64,000 bases of DNA. Origin: Macrostomum lignano (Eukaryota). The position numbers and the translations under genes are program-made. Shown here piece by piece: positions 32,928-45,968 of this stretch (position 1 is its first letter; each line of letters opens with the position of its first letter). Under the pieces are notes generated by a model. It did no database searches and was not told where the DNA came from. It worked only from the letters and a program-made list of their open reading frames with translations. Location: contig NIVC01001086.1 in NCBI GenBank assembly GCA_002269645.1, forward strand, positions 25,030 through 89,029, read 5' to 3'.

Positions 32928-35879
32928 CTCACCGATGGCTGGTCTGCGTAATGCTGAATTTATTTTAGGTTTCTGTTGCTTCTTATTGAAGCTGCAAGTA
33001 AATGCGGCTCAGGGCCATTCCGGTGAAAGAACACAGTTTTTGAGGTCAGCAGTGCCTAAAAAAGGTTTCTGGGTGAGTTTTCTATCTGTCAATGAGGTTT
33101 TAAGCAAGACTTGGAGTGCGTCTGAGCAGAGAACCGAGCGGGCACAACCGTCTGCAAGTTTCCCACGCGAGTGTCTTAATGCGCTTTTCCGCTTAAAGCA
33201 ACTCTCCCAAAGCAGTGGGCGATTCTCATTGGCCGCAACGCTTGCAGACGGATCGGTGGTCTGATTCGGTCGGCCAGTGGAAGCGATTGCAGGTGTTGGC
33301 TGCATCCTTGAAAGAAAGTTGCTTTTTGGCCGGAATCTCTAAGAGACGCTCTGTTTTATTCCGTTAACAGACCAGCCGACACCGCCACGGCCCTGTCTGA
33401 TCGACAGTTTCATCCCACTAGGAAGGATGAACCTCTCCAAACACAAGATCACGGACAAGACAGACAGAGCTGTGGCTGATTCACCGGGATTGTCTGTGAT
33501 GCAGGGCGGCCGGAGGGGACAAACAGAAATCGATGCCACTCGTATGTCCGCACGCTTGCCGATGTCAGCTGGGAGCGGCGACATGGCCAGAGCTTTTTCT
33601 GTGTTTTTCCTGCCCTGAGCTCGAGCAATCAATTTATTCCTTCATCTTTGCACCCGCCTCCCCCGAACTATAGAAAGTTGTTTCAGCTTCCAGCCGTAGG
33701 ATGGAGCTGACGATTTTCATATAGACGCTGCAGACGAGGAACGAACAATTTCTTTGGCGTAGTTTTCAGCTTCCAAAGCGAAATTTCAGGAAGCTTAAAA
33801 TGCGTGATAAGCCCCTGCACTTTAAACTCGTTCTATGGGTTCTTGTGCCTGCCTGTCTGAATAAACTGTTTCAAATTAATCAGCACTCTGCGTCCTCTTA
33901 TTGATCGAAATTCGACCGAGTAGGTTTGCTCGGGGAGACATCCTCGGGGTTAGAGCGGATGATTGAGACTGTCCTCACTATTAAGGTAGGGAATTCTGCA
34001 TTAATCGTATTGGTAGCATATAGCATTCAATGCCAAGCAGTATCGCTTTCAATCGCGTGTCTCGTAAGTGATTACTAGTATATTGTTTTCCTGTATTATT
34101 TGTCACACAGGTAGCCTTTGTGTTTTACAATCTACAGTGTAGGAAATCTATAAAAAATCTTTCGGTTTTCCCAGGTTTCTAAAGTTCGTAACCTTGAATT
34201 TTAACGTTACCGGAGAGTTTTTTAATGTCCACGCTAATTACGTTCAGCAACAGAGTCGGGAGTGTGTGATATTCGAAGAGTTTGCAGCTTCAACTATCCT
34301 CAGAGCGTCTGGACTTTTAAGCATCTTGGAAGGGCTAACCTATGCCGAACCAGGCAGAGGAAGTAATGCTAATCAATAAGGCGAACATTGCTGATTAGCT
34401 GCTCTTGAGCTATTAGGAATATCTTCATGCTTGGATGGCCAAACGTATGTTTTCCATCCCTCCAACTCCTAATTGATGGGGACAATCAAAAGGCTGGTAA
34501 AAAATCGACAGGTCGAAGCAATCTGATTTGCCTGGACTTGAGACTGGAAATTTCTCTCTGGTACTCGCTCACGGCCTGGCTCCCAGAACATCGAGTGCAG
34601 TGGTAAAAACTGGCATGGGATTTACAAAATTCGCTAAAGTTCAAGATGACTAAATGCAATATCGACTTTCCTCCAATTCCTAGTGCACACAGTCTTTATC
34701 GATGCAGCAGCTATGATGGCAACTTGTAACTGCTTTTTGGCTAACTACAACCGAAAAGATATATCACGATAAGCGGGAAATGCGAGCTGTAATTTTGGCG
34801 TTTTTGCAACCGGTACTAAATGTGCCATCCCCTCCATACTAAATGTCTAAATATTTACTAGATGCCATAGCACAGGCCAGCGTAAACACAAGCACTCAGG
34901 GATGTGAGCCAAGATTAATTCCGGACGAACACGACTGTCTCTGTCTTTTGCACCGCTCCATTTTCTGTGCCAATTAGAAGGAAAATTGACTGGACAAATT
35001 AAATCAAGGCCCTTCGGTGGCGGACGGAGGCTGCAGCTGTGCAGGATACAAATCCCCTTGGCGGTCTCAATTTGACCTCGGAAGAGACATTTTAGACAAA
35101 TGTTGGGCACTAAAACAAATTGGATTAGTGCTGGTCTGGCCGGATGGAACCAATCTGAATGTCTCAAGGATATGCAGTGAGAGCATTGATGTGTTATTTT
35201 GGCTGCATGCTTTCAGTCTCTTATTGGTTGATTTATTTATTTTCCTTTTTAACTTTAAATTAAAAAAAGTTATATTACTATGTAAATAGTTGATGAATAA
35301 AACTTTGAGCTGCATGGAGTACAACAATTCATAGTGTGGCTACTAATGCTGAATTTTGCATTCCGAATGCCAGCAGCTATTCTCTCTCCTTCTCGCTCCC
35401 CTCTCTTACCCTGCCTCCGTGCACATTAGGCATGCAAAAGTGGGCTGAGAAGCATCGGCAACTAAGCAACCCTAGTAGACTGCCACCGCCCCAATGAGCA
35501 CTCTGAGGCTTGAGTCAACCTACCCCCAAACGGAGTCAACGAGGTTTGGTCGGTTAATTGAGGGCCATTTTTAGGGGCAGTCAGCCGGCAGAGACTCAGG
35601 CGCACAATGGTTGGGCTGTACAATAAGCCTTCCCCCGTTATTCTCTATGCACTTGCTTCTCCACTCTTCTCTTCTTTTGTTGCCATGCCAACCAGATGCG
35701 TCTTCCAACCTCCCAATTGGCGCGCTTTTTTCAATCTCTCTCTCTCTTTTTAGTTTTAATAGCTGTACAAGAGCCATATTCTCTTTTAAAAGAAATTCAT
35801 CTTTGAACTGAGTGTCTAACTGCAATTTCTGTCAGCTGAAATAGTTCGCTCACTCCAGGAGAGCACAGACTGAGCAGCC

Positions 35880-38078
35880 ATGCAGCGCGAAGCAACAGGC
35901 GTTCTATTCAGCTACTTCAACAAGAGGTAAGCGATGCTGTTTGGCAGATATGCCGCGTGTTCGGCATGTTCGTTTATCACAGGCTCTGATCGGTCGGGAA
36001 CTGTTACTATAAACCGTGCAGTCAGGTCAGAACCAGTCGAAAGCACTAGAAAAATAACCTTAAAAATCGGCGTTTTCGCCGGGGTAGAAAAAACATTTCC
36101 GCCAGCGAAGTCTCCCAGGCTTGCGCGGCCGCCTACAAAGTTGGCCTATAAAGAGCAACTAGGGGGTTGATTCATATTTTCCTTTAAATGATCCACTTGA
36201 CCTTTTTCCAATTCTAGCCTGCTTGTTGGCTCTGGATTATAGCCTCGCAGGGGGAATAGCAGGGAGCAGTGGTCAGCGAAAGTGGGTCCGCTAAACCCAA
36301 ACTTTGATCAGGCAAAACCTGCCGACCAAAGACATGCTCCAGTAACCCCTGCTCGGCACTGCAGGTGAGTGTCGCAACCAGAATTCGGTACTTTAAATGG
36401 GAATGGTGGTCACGATTAAGAAAAAACATCTAACGATTGATCCGACCTAGCGAATCTACGAATGACATATGACAGTTTAGCGGAACATTTTTGTTCTGTT
36501 TCGATAATAGACCTTCAATGGAACTCTTGGCATGATAACTAGCCCGGTCCCCTTTCCAGCCAGTACCATGAGCGTTGCGTGCCAGCTCAGTCAACTCAGG
36601 CGGCGGCCGCGGCGGCTGAGAAGCCGCTGACCAGCGCCGAGCTGCGAAAAATGGACGCCGTCGGTCAGGACAAAGTCTGGCGGCAGTACGTGGAGAACGA
36701 GAGCCGGCACAACAAGCAGTGGTGAGAGTCCGTTTTAGGTGGCATTCACGCATCCTTGATTACCACAGCCTACATCATCCATATCACTATGATTTGCGAT
36801 TCCGCAAGGCTTTGTACAGCCTTGACTCTGAGCTTTGGTTTTACCTGAAGTTAGTTGGCCTAATATCAAGTCTTGGACGCACGTAGAGGTGTCCGAAAAT
36901 CCAATCACCCAGGTCACTCAACCATAGACGAGTATTGTGACCCAAGGGCGCAGCCAGGATTTTTTATTTTATTGGAGAGGCCAATTTAGTTGTCGGGGAA
37001 CTGCAAAAATTGGAAATAGAAATGCAAAACCTGCTTTAAAAGGCGCCAAATCAGCGGGTTTCCATACTTTTTTACCCCCCCCCCCTCTTGGCTACATGTA
37101 CGTCTCTGTTCCAAGCACACATGGAATCGAACTTTGGCCCACAAGATCGTGATAACCTACCCTTATTTCAAATCTAACCATCCATCAATTATTTTGTTCG
37201 AATTTCAGGGAGCAAAACTGGGGCTTCATGGCGGAGTTCGATCAAAAGGTAAGAAATCTCAAAGCATCTCAGATTCTCAATAGTTCAATGTTTTAGTTGC
37301 GAGAGTGAGGTTCTAGGAATTCACTTCTCTGAGCACGGAGTCCTGAGCAGTTTAGTCTCTAAGCATGGGGTCCTGAGCACGTAGTCTCTGAGCATGGGAT
37401 CTTGAGCATTTTAGTCTCTGAGCATGGGATCCTGAGCAGTTTAGTCCCTGAGCATGAAATCCTGAGCATTTTAGTCTCTGAGCACGGAGTCCTGAGCAGT
37501 TTAGTCTCTGAGCATGGGGTCCTGAGCACTTTAGTCTCTGAGCATGGGATCCTGAGCATTTTAGTCTCTAAGCATGGGATCCTGAGCAGTTTAGTCCCTG
37601 AGCATGGAATCCTGAGCATTTTAGTCTCTGAGCATGGGGTCCTGAGCATTTTAGTCTCTGAGCATGGGATCCTGAGCAGTTTAGTCCCTGAGCATGGAAT
37701 CCTGAGCATTTTGGTCTCTGAGCATGGGGTCCTGAGCATGTTAAATATAAAAGAATACATGTTGTGACTTTGGATGATATAAAAGTCAATATAAGTTGAG
37801 CGAGTCAATGGAATTTTTAAAAAGCTATTGTAAAAGGATAAAATTAGCACAATCAGACTTCGAATCCCATTAAACTCAACCCGCAGGGTAACAAGAAGGA
37901 GCGCAAGGTGCTTGCAGAGGAGTCCACCGTTTTCTCAACCAGCTTCCCGAACACGGACGCCGGGAACTACGGGCACCGGGTGAACACGGCCACTGGCCAG
38001 CGGTTGATGGAAATGCAGAGAAAATTTGACGCCGCCAACAAGAGGTCCAAGCCGGACAAGGATATTGTGTGCTACTGA
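35880..38078 (+). CDS. C2orf50: C2orf50-like (ciliary microtubule inner protein family) protein
   Basis: Exons 36560-36721 (DAVGQDKVWRQYVENE), 37209-37248 (WEQNWGFMAEFDQK) and 37887-38078 (GNKKERK..VFSTSFPNT..GHRVNT..GQRL) match the recalled C2orf50 pattern QD.LWR..E.E....W.QNW.F...YDP.GNKKE. Upstream exons 35880-35926 and 36251-36364 fit by phase but are less certain. Confidence 0.8.
37325..37740. repeat. 30-bp intronic minisatellite (~14 units, GAGCATGGGATCCTGAGCATTTTAGTCTCT)
   Basis: Direct reading; shows an internal 15-bp sub-periodicity. Confidence 0.93.
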
Positions 38079-38384
38079 TGAGCTGTCCAGAGCCCTAAAC
38101 AATTGAGCCTGTTTTTTTGTAAAATCGAACGATTTTTTTATCGCGAATATACTGTAACATATTATTTTTAACTGCATTATTATTTGAAACATATCGTCTC
38201 ATGGCCGAAGAGGCTTCGTGACCGAAAGTTTCAAACTGGTTTATGATTGTTTTTTTATTATTTTCGTCGCCAAACGTATATACTAACTGATCACGTGAAA
38301 TTTTTTTAGTGAGCAAGAAGAGATTGGGGGGGGTGAGTGTGCAAAGCAATGGATGGGTCAGCCTTCTACGAGACCTAAAAGAGG

Positions 38385-39098
38385 GGTCTATGAGAATTTC
38401 CCGCAGGAAGTTTTCCCACCGTGGTTTTCCCGTGAGAGTTTTTCCCGCCGAGGTTTTCCCGCCGGATTTTTCCTGTCGGAATTTCAAGTTAAATCCAATC
38501 GGATTTGAAATATAGTCTAGTCTAGTTCTAATCTAGTCTGTTTTTAATCTAGTCTAGTTTATGTCTAGTCTAGTCTAGTCTAGGCTATTTCTAATCTAGT
38601 CCAGCATTGTCTATAGACTGGATTTGACATGAGATTCCGACTGTAAAAACCCCGCGGGAAAATCTCGGCGGGAAAACCTCGGCCGGAAAACCTCGGCGGG
38701 AAAATCTCGGCGGGAAAACCTCGGCGGGAAAACCTCGGCGGGAAAAGCTCCGCGGGAAAACCTCGGCGGGAAAACCTCGGCGGGAAAACCTCGGCGGGAA
38801 AACCTCGGCCGGAAAACCTCGGCGGGAAAACCTCGGCGGGAAAACCTCGGCGGGAAAACCTCGGCGGGAAAACCTCGGCGGGAAAATCTCGGCGGGAAAA
38901 CCTCGGCGGGAAAACCTCCGCGGGAAAATCTCGGCGTGAAAACCTCGGCGGGAAAAGCTCCGCGGGAAAACCTCGGCGGGAAAAGCTCCGCGGGAAAACC
39001 TCGGCGGGAAAATCTCGGCGGGAAAACCTCGGCGGGAAAACCTCGCTGCGGGAAAACCTCGCTACGGGAAAACTTCCTGCGGGAAAATCTCGCGCTCA
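38385..39098. mobile_element. Foldback/Mutator-like non-autonomous element with modular inverted arms and a 10-bp TSD
   Basis: The left arm (GAGAATTTCCCGCAGGAAGTTTTCCC..., few 14-bp units) is the reverse complement of the right arm (>25 GCGGGAAAACCTCG units ...GGGAAAACTTCCTGCGGGAAAATCTC). Inner arm segments also pair around a (TCTAG)n core. CTAAAAGAGG occurs at 38375-38384 and 39099-39108. Confidence 0.72.
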
Positions 39099-39526
39099 CT
39101 AAAAGAGGATGTAAATTCAAGATCTAGAATGGAGCTCGGACCAAAGTGACGGCAACCAATAACTTGGCAGACCAGGTGACTAAAACCGCCGTACATCTCA
39201 TTCAGGCCCCGTTCTTGTGTTCCCAGGATTTATCGTCAAAAAAGTACACGCGTACAGCATTGGCGCGCTTGTTATGTTGCTCAGGAGTCAGCGGAATGGG
39301 CAGAGCTGCCTCAGGGATGGTTGTGGGATCGGGACGATGTCGCTGAAGGTGTTGCGCTAAGGTGCCCCACAGCCCTCCTGCGAATGTTTATTTTTAGGGT
39401 CATCCAAAACGAAATAAATCATAAATTCATACTTAAAATTTCTTCTGAAAAGTCAACTATATACGAGATTCCATATATTTTTGCGCCTTTTCGATACAGC
39501 CTACCACAAGTAGCATAATGGGAAAG

Positions 39527-39850
39527 GGGGCCGTAGCCCAGCGGTAGCGCAGCTGCTCTGGTGTGCCAGCGACCCAGGCTCGATTCCAAGTGCAGTCACA
39601 TTAATTTTGGGGCTGAATTGGAATCTCGGCTTGGCTCTGCTCGTGCAATTAACGGCCTTGAGAGCCAACCTCCCGAGGCGCAGTAAAGTGTACATGCCTA
39701 ACGATAATATAAAGTTAGGGCCGCTGTACACTCCTGTGTGTGTGTGCCTGCGTACGTATCCGCGCGCTTGTATGCCTGCTCAGGGGAGTCGGTGGAATGG
39801 GCAGTAATGCCTCTCGCCGGTTGTGTGCCAATGTCGCTTAAAATGCGCAG
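39527..39850 (+). mobile_element. tRNA-derived SINE, copy B (most complete head)
   Basis: GGGGCCGTAGCCCAGCGGTAG (A-box-like) ... GGCTCGATTCC (B-box-like); the body is colinear with copy A. Confidence 0.78.
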
Positions 39851-39999
39851 TATGGAACAGGGGCAGTAATGGTATCTGGCCCCTCCACATTTTAAATGCA
39901 AAATGTAGGCTTTTTGCTTATTTCTTACTCTTATTTCTGGTTTTTGCTGCTTTTCATGAATGCATTTTGCTGCAGGACGACGAAACATATCGCGCCTAC

Positions 40000-40081
40000 G
40001 GCGCGAAAATGAGTGCCTGCGGCGCCAAAATGAGTGCCTGTGGCGCCAAAATGAGTGCCTGTGGCACAAAAAATGAGTGCT
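40000..40081. repeat. 21-bp tandem repeat x4 (GGCGCCAAAATGAGTGCCTG[C/T])
   Basis: Units start at 40000, 40021, 40042 and 40063. Confidence 0.85.
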
Positions 40082-41401
40082 GACAATACTGATTCTGAAA
40101 ATAATCGGTACATGATAATGTGCATTTCCGATATAAAAAATAATAAAATCTAAGTCGACGCGGGGGGCGTGCGCCCTGTGCGCCCCCCCCCCTAAATCCG
40201 CCACTAAACCTGCCCCCCCACCCCCACTTTTTAAAACGTTCCTCCGCCTATGATGAAAAGAACTATTTTGTAAAAGAAATCCAGCCAACACAGTACTTTT
40301 ATTAAATACAATTTTCCGGAAAGCACAGATCCACCAAACGTGTGTCACATGGAGCCAATAGACTAATCCTTGTCAGGTTGTCACGCTCCGATGCAGATTT
40401 TAAGCAAGACTGTCAGGCTGCCGCAAAGCAACTATACTAGTAAGGTAGGCTTTATATTAATGTTGCCGTGGCTAGCTTACAGATTGTACTTTATTAATCC
40501 ATTATGTCAATTTTGATCCTTATTCAAATGCAGACGGACGGAAGCTCGGCATCCAGCGACGTGTGTTTTATAAAGTGAAATTTTGCTTTCCATAATTCGC
40601 GCTGGATCAGCTTGACTTCCCAAAACTTCAGAAGCTTTAATGGTCGATACGTAAAATTAAAAAATCTCAAGTTCATAATTTACCGAAGCTTCAATCGAAC
40701 CGTGAAGAATTCTGAAATTTTAAGTCCGAGCTTTAAACTTCCGAAACTTCACTGAATCCAAGGACTACTAGACTATAACCTTCCAGTGGTCCTTGACTGT
40801 GTCATCAAGATGCCGAAACTTCACAGTTCGTAAGCATCAAACTCAAAGCGTGATATTGCAATACATTGGAAAAATTTCCACTTCCCAAAATTCTAAATCT
40901 AAACACTTGGCACTATAGGCAAATCTCATCTCAATTAGGTCCTTTTATTCGAGTCTTTAATTTGTGACACGACCTAGCTATTTGTCTCTTTCACAATTAA
41001 AGACTCTGTGTGATATACTCGTACCTAAGGTACTCTTTGCAATCAGTAGAAGGATTTGAACTGGCTCTGTTACTGCCACGTCCATGAAATGAAAATACAC
41101 ATCCTACATGCATATATGGAGACATCATGCATTACTACAGAATTGGACAGAAAAACGAACGATCGGCTCCCTGATGCCCTCAAATAGGGGGTCACAATTT
41201 AGTTTAAAACCCTTATTGCGCAGGACTGTAAGTACAGTGCTAAATATATATATCTCCAAAATGATGTACAGTCCTAAAGAATGCCACCGGGAGCATTTCT
41301 GAAGATAAAAGTCGACGGCATTTAAGAGTCGGGCGCCAGGCAGTTCCATAAAGCATCGCGCGAGTTTGTTTTAATACTATTGAACGGATTATAACGTCAG
41401 A

Positions 41402-41701
41402 ATGAAGCGAGAAACGATTGCCTTGACTAGAATATTCGGACTTCTTCTGTTCTCAGTGGCCGCCTTGTCTGCCCCAGCGCAGCTCAGCGAGGACCTGCAG
41501 GCGTATAACACAGAGGAGCCGGCAATGGACAGTCTGGACCAGGAGGACGACCTGTCAGAAGCCCCATTGGACGAAGACAATGAGCCACCGGCAGGCCAGG
41601 AAGAGGCCGACGACAGCGAAGAGAATAATTCGGAGAAGTATAGAGGGTACAGCTTCAGGAAGAACCGACTGGCACGCTTCAAGGGCTACTCGCCTTCCTG
41701 A
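41402..41701 (+). CDS. Orphan secreted precursor: signal peptide, acidic pro-region, cationic/aromatic C-terminal peptide (99 aa)
   Basis: Single ORF with GC-rich codon usage in AT-rich flanks. Hydrophobic IFGLLLFSVAALSA, then 21 D/E with no K/R, then KYRGYSFRKNRLARFKGYSPS. AATAAA at ~41960. Confidence 0.65.
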   Translation: MKRETIALTRIFGLLLFSVAALSAPAQLSEDLQAYNTEEPAMDSLDQEDDLSEAPLDEDNEPPAGQEEADDSEENNSEKYRGYSFRKNRLARFKGYSPS

Positions 41702-43073
41702 GCAGGGACATCCTTACAAAGGTTGAAACTTTGACATTTTATTACTTTGGCGTACAAAAATGGTGTGTCACGAATGCAGAACAACCGAATAAGTTAAAAT
41801 GCCCGGTTCTATGAATATTATACTGTTGCTATATTAACGTACTTTTCAAAACTCAACCAGCAACTACAATTTCTGCACATGCTCAGTAGTAGTATGTACC
41901 TGCCTAGTGAAGAAGCACATACGGGCTAATTCTAAGAGTATGATTAATGCTTACTGATCAATAAAACAAATTTACTTTATTTTGTCAAGCTAATTAATAT
42001 CATAGATATAATATACTATTCTATATACAACCAAAACGCTCATAAGGAGCAGTTATTCGTTAAACTTCGATTCGAATTCCAATATGATATTAAATGTACT
42101 TTTAAACGAATAACCATAAGGAAAATTTTTGCATCATCAAACACCTATGTACATTATTTTCTCTCCGCTGTATAACATGTACAATTTGTACATCAGTTGT
42201 GCCATCGGCATCAATCCGTCATGCCCTGCCGGCGCAGTGCGATTTTTTGCTCAAATTGAAGACGGCTTGGTCCTCTCTGCAAAGCAAAAGAAAATGGCAC
42301 TGTTTCCAGATAGTTGTGAAACTTGTGTCTAGTGAACTGCTTCCTTGCCTTTGCCTTCGTGCGCACTGTACGTACAATTTGCAACAGAATATAGTAACAA
42401 TTTAGCTTTAGCCTACCCCACAGGCCCACAGTACAACAACACATACATAGCTCGCAACTTCGGCAATACTGAAGCCCACGAAGCCGCTTGTTTTGCATTT
42501 GCTCTGTCTTGCGCTGGTCCGTGGATCCGGTTGAAATTGAAATGCAAAAACCGCATAGATTCAGGGCTTTGGGCTGGGCACCTCGAGTCCAGGCTCCAGT
42601 GCAAGTGCAACGTACCAGATAGTTGGAAAGTGGAATTGGAACTAAACTGCATGTCCAATGGCGTTTTGGGGGGGTCGGGGGTTGGAAAGTCTCGGCTCCT
42701 GCAATGTACAGTGACAATGTACATTAGCCGAGTAAAAAATTGGAAGCTGTTTGTCCCTTTCTCTCCCCCGCCAGTGCCGCCGGGGCCCAAATCCAAACAT
42801 TAACCAACCCCACAGTAAATTTAAAGCGTTCGTTCACCTTGCCCAGTGAAGAGGGTTTGTTTTCCCGCGCCGCTCATTGAACTGGGGGAGGGGGTGGTGT
42901 TACCCAAGTTGGGTACCCCATTCCCCCTGTATAAAACTATTTGCCAAAAAGCTTCCTTTCGTATGCAAGCCGGTCCTCTGCTCTCTTCTGTGTAAATTCT
43001 TTTCTGGCGTTATTAAAAACGATTTAATTTGCACTAAGGTCGCTTTTAATAGTGAACTCAACAATATTACACT

Positions 43074-43791
43074 ATGGCTGTACAAAGGTTTGCAATCTTG
43101 ATTGCACTGATGGCCTGCTTTTGCTTTTATGGTGAGAAAACTGACTTATTCGTTTGAAAAGTCTAAATCTGAAGAGCCCCATGCAAATCCCCATAGTCAA
43201 TTTTTTGGTTTTTGGCTAGGCTAATTATTAAGGCGATCCTTAAATTATTGGAATTGTAATTTTATTAATATTTTCCAGCTAGCGGCCTGAGGTGCTACAT
43301 CTGCAATAGCCTGAACGACAAAGCATGTGATGGCGATAGTCTGGATAAGAAATTCCTCATCAACTGCAGTCTGGGCCGCAACGACGGCAGCGGGCCCAGC
43401 GCATTCAAGCCGGTGCCAAACGCCAAAGTCTGCTGGAAGCAGAGGCAAGACGGTAAGGCCGTGTCCGTGTCGTACACAGAAAAATACAAAATACATTGTG
43501 TGTACGACGTGTGTATTGCTAACACTTGCTTTTTGATTTTTATATAATTGATACTTTTTCTTCAACTTTCCAGTGGAAGGCCGGATCATTGTGGATCGAA
43601 TGTGCGGCCAAGAGTTGGAGAGCGGCAACGTCAACACCTGCTACGACCGGGTTGGCACCAAGAAGGTCAAGGTGCGCTACTGCGTCTGCGACAAAGACGA
43701 GTGCAACGGTTCGGGCTCGGTCGGCGGCTCTTCGATCGGAGTTGCGCTGGCTCTGCTTGCAGCCTTCCTGGCCGCGCCTTGGGGCCTCTGA
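43074..43791 (+). CDS. Ly6/uPAR (quiver/sleepless-like) three-finger GPI-anchored protein; 3 exons, ~150 aa
   Basis: Exons 43074-43131 (signal MAVQRFAILIALMACFCFY), 43279-43452 (LRCYICNS...C...C...CWKQ) and 43574-43791 (RMCG...CY...YCVCDKDECN plus a hydrophobic GPI tail). Phase 1/1 introns; TATAAAA at 42930. Confidence 0.88.
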
Positions 43792-45064
43792 GCATGAGCT
43801 GCTGCGCTAGCATTGAAGGTTTCAACTTGATTCTTGAAGCAATTCAAGTCTCCAGTAGTAGTGCACATCAATTCTTAACTACGTTTACGAATTGCAATCT
43901 TAGTTTATTGCCTTATTTATATTGTGCTACTATTATAGTTTATTACTATACAATTTATACCTTATAGCAATAGCAAGGCTTCTGTTTCATTTTCCAAAAT
44001 TGTCACATTTGCATCATTTAGCGTGAGAATACATACTAGTGTAATACACAGCTTGATCCTTCTAGTTAAGTTATAAAGCTTTGGCGAATTCTCATCTCAT
44101 ACCCTCCCTAGCCCGCGCTGTGCACATCTAGAGCAAAGTACATTTCCTTATCGCCCACTTGTGTGTACATTAAGGAAACAACCACCCCATTCGCACCCAA
44201 AGATAATCAATAAGTACACAACCTTTATCTTAGCTTAGCAATTCATAACTCCATTCAACTAATTATAGTTAAAAAATATTGAATATAAAAATCTTAGCAC
44301 TCATTAAGCAGGCCATAAATTGAAAATAAATGTTCCGTTTTTAACCATTTTAAGTGAATTTGTTCGCTTGCAGAGCAGTGTCTGCATTTAACAGCTTTTG
44401 AAAAATGAAATTGAAAAAATAAATTTAATTATCGAAATCAACCTCAATGAAACTGAGAGACAATTCGAACTAATGTTTTCTTATATCCCTGCTATAAAAT
44501 CTTCGGTCATTGGCATTGTGTTTGTTTATTGTACTTGTACAGATAACATATAAACTGAATTGAGTCATCATTGAAAAAAAACTATATCAGAAGTTTGTAA
44601 AATCAAACCAATAGACTAATGCAGTGCAAGCAGATTATAACATGTATATAATTAGCCAGTACAGGCAATGCAGATTAATTCACAGCAATTATGCCTAATC
44701 GATAAATTATATTGAATCAACAATACTTAGGAATACCTTATCTGCAACCCGATATACAATATGTTTGTTAATAAAGCTTAGTTCTGTGTGTGCTTGGTCC
44801 AGTCACTAATCAACAGCAATAGGTTTTTACTGTTCATACTGTAAGACCATCCATTGCTCTATAATGAAGCCCCTTGTTTTGAATTTTTTGGGTTACTAGT
44901 AGTTGTTAAAGCAAAAAAATCTAGTTTCTAAAACAAATTTTGCTTAAAGAGTGTCCACGATTTGATAATCTGAATTTCCAGTCTTCATACAGATAGACTT
45001 TTTAAAAACGATATGAAAAATAGAGTAGAGGTATATAAACATATACAAGGCATTTGAAAGTAAA

Positions 45065-45346
45065 ATGTATCCCCCTTTTGCCCCGGGCGAGTGTCTATGT
45101 GACGCATGTTTTCATTTATTTCCCTAGGTGAATAAATCATTTATTTCCCGCTGCCCCGCGGGCTGATAAATTCGAGACAACAACCATAGACAACGAACGG
45201 GGGATACATATCATATTCCCCACTCATTTAGCTGTCTAGGGCCAAAAGCACTCGGTGTCTCGATCATTGACCTCGGCTTCGCCTCGGTCAATAAACGAGA
45301 CACCTCTTGCTTTTGCCCGCTAGACAACAAAATAAATGGGGAATAT
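45065..45346. mobile_element. Two adjacent palindromic non-autonomous elements (45065-45209 and 45213-45346)
   Basis: The first has ATGTATCCCCC...GGGGGATACAT ends. The second is a long imperfect hairpin ATATTCCCCA...TGACC-TCGGCTTCGCCTC-GGTCA...TGGGGAATAT. Confidence 0.65.
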
Positions 45347-45968
45347 ATACCATTTATTCATAGGAAGACTTCTAAGTGAATTATTGATTCGCAGCCACTT
45401 GGCAAGTTTGTTATTTTGAAGCTTCACTATGAGATAAATAAATCCTATTTATCACGGAAGAGACATTCAGGCAAATGGCTGCGCACATTGCACAAAATTT
45501 AAAATAGCCGCTCTTAAGAAATGAAGAAATCAAACTTTAAATAATTAGCTATATATACTCCTTTGAGAACAAGGGAAAATATCACTTCTACAAAAAAGAT
45601 GTATAAAACATACTGGCCCTGATACTGCAGGATTAACATGTTTGGAGTCATTGGGAAAGTCTCTTGGATCATGCACAGGCATAAAACGTGGTTCATCATT
45701 TTCTGTTGACAATCTGAACTACGGCCACTTATACCTGGACAATGCTTAATTTAGCAGTTTACTTCACTATGTGATTCATATTTCACCTGGTTACTGAAGG
45801 GACTGCCATCTACTGACGGTACACGTATTGATTACTTGCTCAAAAGTTAACACACCGCTAGATCGAATAATTATTAAAGACGCCAACTCAGTCAACATGA
45901 GAAGATTTTAAAAATTGTTCTGTGCCATTCTCCCGCGTATCCACCACCAGTGAGCTGATGACGAGAGT

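Noticed and set aside
36945-37095. AGGGCGCAGCCAGG...CCCCCCTCTTGGCTAC MITE-like remnant (similar end at 40190-40210)
   Set aside because: The TIR match is partial and no TSD is seen; not supportable beyond a generic decayed repeat.
38095-39127. ORFs over the foldback element
   Set aside because: Products of the 14-bp repeat arms.
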